DNA of 56,213 nucleotides, counting the filler, from Dugesia japonica (Eukaryota), in NCBI GenBank assembly GCA_001938525.1. It is 4 parts of 4 records of this genome, joined end to end, with 100 filler letters (N's around TTAATTAATTAA, not from the genome) between each part and the next. Parts side by side here need not be neighbours in the genome. Positions count along the whole stretch, not along the records: positions 47,063 to 56,213 come from MQRL01585035.1; 3 more parts are not named here. One strand, given 5' to 3'. The stretch's first letter is position 1; the number at the start of each line of letters is the position of its first letter. The notes under the pieces were generated by a model. The model saw nothing but the letters and a program-made list of their open reading frames with translations, was not told where the DNA came from and did no database searches. Shown here piece by piece: positions 48,571 to 56,213 of the stretch. The translations under genes and the position numbers were made by a program.

Positions 48571-49817
48571 TATATATGGTTTTTTATAAATATTATAAAA
48601 GTAGTCTATATATGAAAATATAAAATAATTATATAAAGCGAGTGATATAAGTTAAAATAAAAATAAAGAAAAATTAAATAGTTATTATATATAAAATTAA
48701 GGGAATAATTATAATAATGTATTAAAACAATAAATCATTATTAAGGTTAGGTCGATTAAAACAAAGAAATATTTATAATAAATTAGTGTTAGTAGTAAAT
48801 ATCTCATTAATACTATTAGAAAAACATACTAATTTCGATAATTAATTATCGGAAATATAGTATATTATTCGAATTATTATTAGTATGGTTGGGGTGAAAC
48901 AGTCGATATGAGAAGTTAATAATGGCGATTGGTAAGGCCGAAATCATGGGAAATGATATAAAAAAAAGTGAAGAACACAGGTCAAAGACCAGTTAATGAA
49001 AGTAATAATTAAAGAAAAACTCGAGATTAGGGCACTAAACATAGAAAACGATCAGTAAATTCTAGAGTCACCAAAGAAGAAAAGAAATTATGGAATACAC
49101 AAACAGANNNNNNNNNNNNNNNNNNNNNNNNNNNNNNNNNNNNNNNNNNNNNNNNNNGTGTGCCGCCGCCTATTTACATTAGAAAAATTTAAAAACAGTT
49201 ATGTCATAATCCGATTACGTCGGGGGGGGGTTGTTGAATGTGTGCTGTTCTTTAGTGCTACTATCTATCTACTTATATATGGTTTTTATAAATATTATAA
49301 AAGTAGTCTATATGTGAAAATATAAAATAATTATATAAAGCGAGTGATGTAAGTTAAAATAAAATAAAGAAAAATTAAATAGTTATTATATATAAAATTA
49401 AGGGAATAATTATAATAATGTATNNAAACAATAAATCATTATTAATGTTAGGTCGATTAAAACAAAGAAATATTTATAATAAATTAGTGTTAGTAGTAAA
49501 TATCTCATTAATATTATTAGAAAAACAAACTAATTTTGATAATTAATTATCGGAAATATAGTATATTATTCGAATTATTATTAGTATTGTTGGGGTGAAA
49601 CAGTCGATATGAGAAGTTAATAATGGCAATTATTAATGGCAAGGCCGAAATCATGGGAAATGATATATTAAAAAGAAGTGAAGAACACAGGTCAAAGACC
49701 AGTAATTGAAAGGAATAATTAAAGAAAAACCCGAGATTAGGGAACTAAACATAGAAAACGATCAGTAAATTCTAGAGTCACCAAAGAAGAAAAGAAATTA
49801 TGGAATACACAAACAGA
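48571..49817 (+). repeat. About 540-bp direct duplication (48571-49107 and 49274-49817) flanking a Polinton end
   Basis: Copies align from tatatatggttttt to ggaatacacaaacaga with a few SNPs and indels. Confidence 0.9.
49158..49273 (+). mobile_element. Polinton right terminus ...gtgctactatctatctact
   Basis: Reverse complement of the 37650-37702 terminus. Confidence 0.75.
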
Positions 49818-52800
49818 CTGAGAAAACAAAGAAAGGACAATTAATAACGAAAGAAAGTAATTTATGAAATGAAATAAAGAAAATCGAATGAAATTAATAA
49901 TCTACATACATGAAATAAATGAAATAAATTATTTATTGAAGAAAACTATAATTAGATTAAATTTCTGCTTAGAAATGAAAAAGGTTAATGTAATTATTAA
50001 ATTAAGAAGAAAAGAAGAACAAGAAGAAGAAAAGAAAACTAAATAATTAATTTTTTAAATAAAATAAATCAGACAAAGTAAATTGATATTTTATAAAAAT
50101 TAAATTAAATTTATATGAAAAGATGGCAAAACGGGGACTTCCCAGTAAGAAATAAATTAGAGGTTAATAAAATTCTAGTTAAGAAAAAACCAGGAATTTC
50201 GAAAATTCAAGTTAAAAAATCGTAGTTAGACCAAGAAAAAAGTTACAAGGGTTTTAAGGTTAACCAATTGAATTTCAGTAATTTTGGAATTCCAAGATTT
50301 TGGCCAATAAGAAGAAATCAGATTACAATCTAGCCAATAAGAGCAATAGAAGAATCATACGATGATCATAAGTCAATAGGAATAATGGGGGCGCAAAAGG
50401 AAAATTAGTATAAATTATTATTTATCAAGGGTGACATTCGAAATTGAATATCATCATCCAAACTTTGAAATTAAAAGTTCAAAATGTTGATGACTAAATT
50501 CAAATATCAATGTGTACCGGCAGTTGGACATCTTTCCGAAGCACATCAATGAATAATAACCACCAATGTGGCCGTTGATAAATTGAAATTTCAACGATAA
50601 CCAGTGTATAGTGAATAGCACTATGCTAAAGTAAGCAACAAATTTTTGTAGAACCGTATGAAAACTTAAAATAAAGTAGTAGGTCGTGAAAATCAATGGA
50701 GATAGCAAGTTTATGGATGGTTGGATAATGAAAACATCAGCAGCAAATTCTGTTACGGAAGGTAACAGGAAGGTAATGGAAAATGAAAGATTCATATCAC
50801 TGATTTTTAGGTAGAATACAAAAGCTGCAATAAAACCAACCTGACATTAAAACATTATAAATAAAATTAACAAAAATTAACTTGATCAACTTAAAAATAA
50901 TATTAAAACTCACTAACTGAATGAACTACGGAGAAGTCAATAAATCAATCTAAAGGAAGGAATCAAGAATCAGAAAGTAATTGACGAAAGTTTTCTATAA
51001 AACCTTTCTGAGATCATTTGCCAGTGCCAATGAGAAATGAAATTGAATAAAATACAAATTATCCAAGTGGAATGAATCCAGATGAAATGTGATCAAATAT
51101 GATCAAATAAAATAAACTTAGAACGAATAAACAAAGATTACTCGACTGAATTTGAATTAAATGAAGTGAATATCAAAATTCTTACAATCAGTGAAAACAA
51201 TGAAAGGTTGAATGAAATAAATTGGTGTGGGTAGAAAGATGTGAAAGAGGAGCATGCTAGTGTCATGGATCAAAGATGGCTCAATGAAGAAAGGTTTGTC
51301 GAAGCTATTTTGAATAATTAGAAGTTGGGTAAGATAGAGCTTGACAGTAAGAAGCGGTTCAGGAGAAAAAACCGCATAAACCAATTATCAGGACAGAGAT
51401 AATTAAATTGATGTTTTTTTCAAGTGTTATGCAGAGCAATAACATGACAGATGCAGTCAGAGAAACTTAATAAATTCTATTATGAAGTAATGAGAAGTAG
51501 TCAAATTATGGAATGGAGAACTGAGTGGAGGTGATCTGATGATGATCGAGGATCGACTCTTAAATTTAATTGAGGAGTGCGAGTACTAATTATTTTCCAA
51601 NTAATCAAATTATATCATTCTTCATACTTATATAATTCCCTTAATGATTTTAACAAATGTTTATTAGATAAATGTAGCTACTAATTAATTAGAGGCAATA
51701 ATATCTTTCGTATTAGTAGATCAGTAGAAAAATTAAATTCATTATGCTTGTAATAATTATTTGAATTCTTTAATAATAAAGTATTACTGTTTCGAGCAGA
51801 GTGTCTATTTGATTATCAGAAAATCTTTAATAATTTAAAATCTATTGAGTTGATCCACGAATTTTGAATGGAAACCTATTATTTATAATTATGAATTGAT
51901 GGAAATATTAAATCAATGATGCCCACGCTTCATATTAAAAAGGAATTGTTATTGACCAGTGTAAGATCGGGTAGACTGACGACTCACCATTCTCATAAAA
52001 TATATGAACGTGACTCACAATCTAATAAAATCCTAATGTAAAGAAACGACCCGGGAAGTGATAATCTCCAAGGACAATAGGAGATGAAGTTCTCACAGAT
52101 GAGTTTCATTCCCTTGCATGAGTAAGAGTTATACGATAAAATACTAATTCATAATTTATTGTGCTAAATCTAGTGAATAATTCTGAGATGAACCAGTAAA
52201 CGAGAGTGATAAATAAATTTTAACTAGATTTAATTAAGATCTAAATTTAAATTCAAAGGTATTCGAGATGGATTATTTTCACATAGTGCTGAATGATTTT
52301 TTTTTCGTTATTAGAAAATTGTTTAATAATTAGATATGGCCAAGAACATCACCTTAGAAAAAACACAGAAACCCATGAACGGATGGCGGTTCGTAACATT
52401 TCCTCCCAATAATATGCCGATCTTATTCGATTCGACGAGCAATGTAGGCACAGATCGAGACCCATGGTGGATATCGCAGGACAAATTGCGTCTCAAAGAA
52501 GTGAAGAATCGAGAGCAAGGCACCGAGATTTAAGAATTACTACAGATGGTTAAATACTTAGAGGACAAACGACTGATCCTTAAGCAGGAACACTTTCAGC
52601 TAAATCTGTCTATTAGCAAATCACATTATGAGGCCACCAATTTTAACAGAGAACGAAACTGTGATGAAGACGGACCTCCTGTCNCACAACATGTTTGCAG
52701 AGAGGCTCGAAAACAGGATAGACTAAGCGATGCCGTATTTGGTGTCTTATGCGTTGGTTCATTAGGAGGCATTGTTGTGAGACAAAAGTGTAAATAACAG

Positions 52801-54719
52801 TTTTTTTAATAGAAATCTGTTTTTGGTAGTATTTGAATAAATTAGCTATAGTCTTTGATACAATTTCTAAATGAATTTAAATTAGATTGATAATATCTCA
52901 AAGTGACGTATTACAAAATGCACAATTAATAATTCATACTTATCTTATTAATAAACTGATACATTATTAATCATACCAAAATAATATCTGCTTAATCTGT
53001 AGAATATCTATGAAGCCTTGTCTTCCGACGAGGGTTGAATCGTTAATTGAATAACAGAGTAGCCAAAAGGAGTTGAAAATATTAAGAAAAGAACTCAAGG
53101 AAGCTAAGGAGGAAAATGCGTTGCTAAAATGGAAGATGTCAGGCCTATGAGAACGGATGAGCGTGTGCAGGCATAGAGAACTCTCGCTTATCGTCAGCAA
53201 TTGAAAGTTCGGCGAGATCACAAAGAGCTTTGCAGATCGGGAGGCCTCTGTATTTGCTAATGTTTGGACTCTGTGGCGAGAGTACGAGGGCAAGAAATTA
53301 ACCGCGGAAGCAGATTACATTATCACAAGTGAGTAGGTCTTCGGATCACCACAACTGTCGCGTTTTAAATAAGTGTATACTCAGTACGAGAGTATTATTA
53401 ATTGCTAAAAGCGACAATAATAACATCTGAGCTAGAATATCCAACAAAATTTCTTAAAAAACGAGATACCGTGAAGTCCCGCATGGACCATAGGGTGGAT
53501 GATCTCAACACAGGAGGTGTTGATCAAATTTCTGCCAGCTTTAGAATATCTAACCCTAGAAGAAAGATTCATAATCAATGACGAAAGAAAAAGATCTATA
53601 AATACTGAAAATCAAAAACCTTGAAACCCAACAAAACTTCTAAATTAAAAATTTCAACAATTAAATTTTTCATTTACATTGCAGAAATTTTCAAATAAAA
53701 AATTTGTATTAAAAAGTTTTACACATAAAACATTTTATTTTCAAAACTCTATACCAGGGGNNNNNNNNNNNNNNNNNNNNNNNNNNNNNNNNNNNNNNNN
53801 NNNNNNNNNNNNNNNNNNNNNNNNNNNNTTTTTTAGTTCATCGGACACTGCAGTTCGGGAAATAGACAATAGACATACTATGTTTATATCTACCTACGTA
53901 AACCATGACATAATTATTTAACGGGCCAAACTGTCATATCCGAGGGTTTTTGAACGTGGTTTAATCTTCGTTAACTTTAAATACGAAAATGCTGATTCAC
54001 AAACATATGTTAAAACGAAACAAGAATAAATATATTTGCTACATTTGGTGATATTGGGATATTTCTCTCGGTTACGTATTTCCAAAAATCTTCTTCAAAT
54101 TTTTTAGCTTGTATGTAGTTATTTTATGTTAACTTTACTAGATTTGCATTTTTTTCGTTTTAATTAATACATTTATAAAACTTAGCATGTGTTTTTTTTT
54201 AACTATTTCACTCTATAATTGATATGGAACCCATAAAATAAAACTGGAAACATTTCATATTTGTCAATTTGAGATATTTTCGTCAAAAATATTTACTTTN
54301 NNAAAAAAATAAGAAGTAAAACAATCATTTATTTCTCTCTGGAAATATTGATTACACACAGTTTAAAAATTATTTTCAAACTTAAATCAATATTTAGTCA
54401 CATAGTTGCTCTAGACACATATGTTGATATAAATAATTATTTAACAAACAAAAATAATTTATATTAATATTTCAAAGTTACAGCTTAAATCAAACTATAA
54501 AAATGTCAACATTTACTTAAAATTCTCAAGTATTAATTATACTGAATATAATTTTCTTACTAGAAATTACTAATGAAACTTAAACCTAATTAACTCAATA
54601 ATCATTTAATTTCTAATAAAGTTTTAAATTACTAATGTTGTAAAAATTTTAATATCTTTTAATTTTTTGTATTTATTCTTCAATCCATTATTTTCTATTT
54701 ATATAATTGAACACAGAAT

Positions 54720-55206
54720 TATTACCTGTACTAAAAATGTCTTCGCGTTTAGAGTCAAAGAAAGCCACAAGACCCTATTTAATATCAGTGGAATCAATGA
54801 ATTATCTCTGATTCAAATAATTTTACAAAGATCAAATTAGGAAGTAGTTTGAAAGAGCAATTTCAGACGAATATGGAGGGTAATTAAGAACTTCCCAACC
54901 CTGTTCGTGTTTTCAACGGTGTTTTGATTGTAGTATGTTGTCTAGTATTGTCATCGCGAAGAAGAACACCCTTTCTGTTAGCAAAATTCTGATATTTATT
55001 ACGTAATTTGGTTTCTAAACATATCAGGTTATCATAGTACTTATCGACAGTAATTGTTTCACCAAGTGGCAATAATAATAAAATTAAGAGTCCTTTTCGA
55101 TTCCGCCGAAGAGAAAATATAAGCTTTTGTTGATGTATATCCAACTTTCTGTCTTTGGTACCAGTGGTCTCGGTAAGTCATAATCTCTTTTACGTGTGAC
55201 GTTATT
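54720..55206 (-). mobile_element. Mariner transposase C-terminal remnant, cut by a Polinton end at 55207
   Basis: LLPLGETITVDKY...RKGVLLRDDNTRQHT, LGWEVL, PPYSSEIALSNYFL. Confidence 0.8.
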
Positions 55207-55522
55207 AGTAGGTAGATAGAAGTAACGAAAAGAAATAACACTGTTCTTGAATTTTGGTATTGGTTATCGTGGATTTATTGATTGGTGACTTTTAGTATTT
55301 AAAAATCCCAGAGATCAAACAGTTTTTGATTTTCTAGCAACGCAGGCGTACCTAAATAACAGACAATTGCATATTGATTCATTTCAAGATGCAACAGAAA
55401 AATCCCAGGGATACTTATTTTTCGACTTTACGCAACAATGTCCATATGACTATAGAGTGAAAACAGATATATTTAGTCCAAATGGTATCACAGTGTATAA
55501 ACAAATTAGGCAATCTTATTAA
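55207..55522 (+). mobile_element. Polinton left terminus (AGTAGGTAGATAG) followed by packaging ATPase C-terminal fragment (55289-55522)
   Basis: LVFKNPRDQTVFDFLATQAY...FQDATEKSQGYLFFDFTQQCPYDYRVKTDIF, a typical Polinton ATPase C terminus; absent from the ORF track because it has no start. Confidence 0.8.
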
Positions 55523-56213
55523 TACTACACCTCAAAATATATCTATTGTTAAGAAAAAGTACAAAAAAGACGAAACAATCACATAAGAACCAACTTGTAA
55601 ATAAGAGAATGAAATTGAATATGTTTAAAACCTAGCAAAATGGAAGAGAAAGAAACTGAGAATGATGAATGCAAAATGGATATTATAAACCATTCACTGG
55701 TATGTATGTGTTATTGAAATAAAAATGAAATAAGAAAGAAGTATTCCATTTTTACCACCTTGATTAAATCATCAAAATCTTCAAGAATAAAAATTTTGCA
55801 ATCATTTCCACTGCATATTATATACTAGTCATCATAATTTTTTCGCTTTACGATTTTTCTTAGATTTTTTAAACAGCAGTTCCTTCAAACATCAATATGG
55901 ATCTCGATTGNNNNNNNNNNNNNNNNNNNNNNNNNNNNNNNNNNNNNNNNNNNNNNNNNNNNNNNNNNNNNNNNNNNNNNNNNNNNNNNNNNNNNNNNNN
56001 NNNNNNNNNNNNNNNNNNNNNNNNNACTTATATTATATTTTAACAAAACATTTATTTATTATATAAATTGCCTTTTCTTTCTAACACTTTACAAAGGCGT
56101 TTCACATAACCTATATACAATTCATTTATCTTGTGATGGTGACTTTGATTTATGTCTGCAATAACGTCATTAATTTTTTTAATTAAATGATGTTTTGAAG
56201 TAAATTGAGGTCC

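Noticed and set aside
37650-49273. One 11.6-kb Polinton bounded by the matching inverted termini and carrying the CRESS Rep
   Set aside because: The span crosses two artificial spacers, the flanks differ (TATTTT versus TATATA, no TSD), and no Polinton core genes lie between.
51531-51565. Possible hammerhead (CTGATGA-T-GATC-GAG-GATC)
   Set aside because: GACT instead of GAAA, and no stem I or stem III.
55720-55830. Polinton small membrane-lytic/core protein-like fragment (IRKKYSIFTTLIKSSKSSRIKILQSFP)
   Set aside because: Too short and low-complexity to assign without a search.

Overview
AT-rich animal nuclear DNA with many N runs. Three exact 100-bp spacers (44N-TTAATTAATTAA-44N at 28119-28218, 37703-37802, 46963-47062) look like artificial joins, so the window is best read as four segments. 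A planarian-like host is plausible from the 41-55 nt introns, (AAT)n tracts and the Polinton, Penelope and mariner load, but this is inference only. The one clear host gene is an 11-exon clan-3 (CYP3A-like) cytochrome P450 on + (7715-26698). Its large introns hold Penelope, mariner, hAT and Gypsy remnants. The rest is decayed mobile DNA: Polinton/Maverick pieces (about 8 termini, pPolB, packaging ATPase, small spliced accessory ORFs), Chapaev3, pogo, hAT and mariner. Most unusual signals: (1) a TATA-binding-protein-like gene found twice inside Polinton sequence, once head-to-head with the packaging ATPase and once next to pPolB; (2) an endogenous CRESS-DNA-type Rep (HUH plus SF3 helicase) with a host-type spliceosomal intron, near a 48-bp array containing the nonamer AAGTATTAC; (3) two Penelope-type minimal hammerhead ribozymes. 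All calls come from manual reading; no searches were run.
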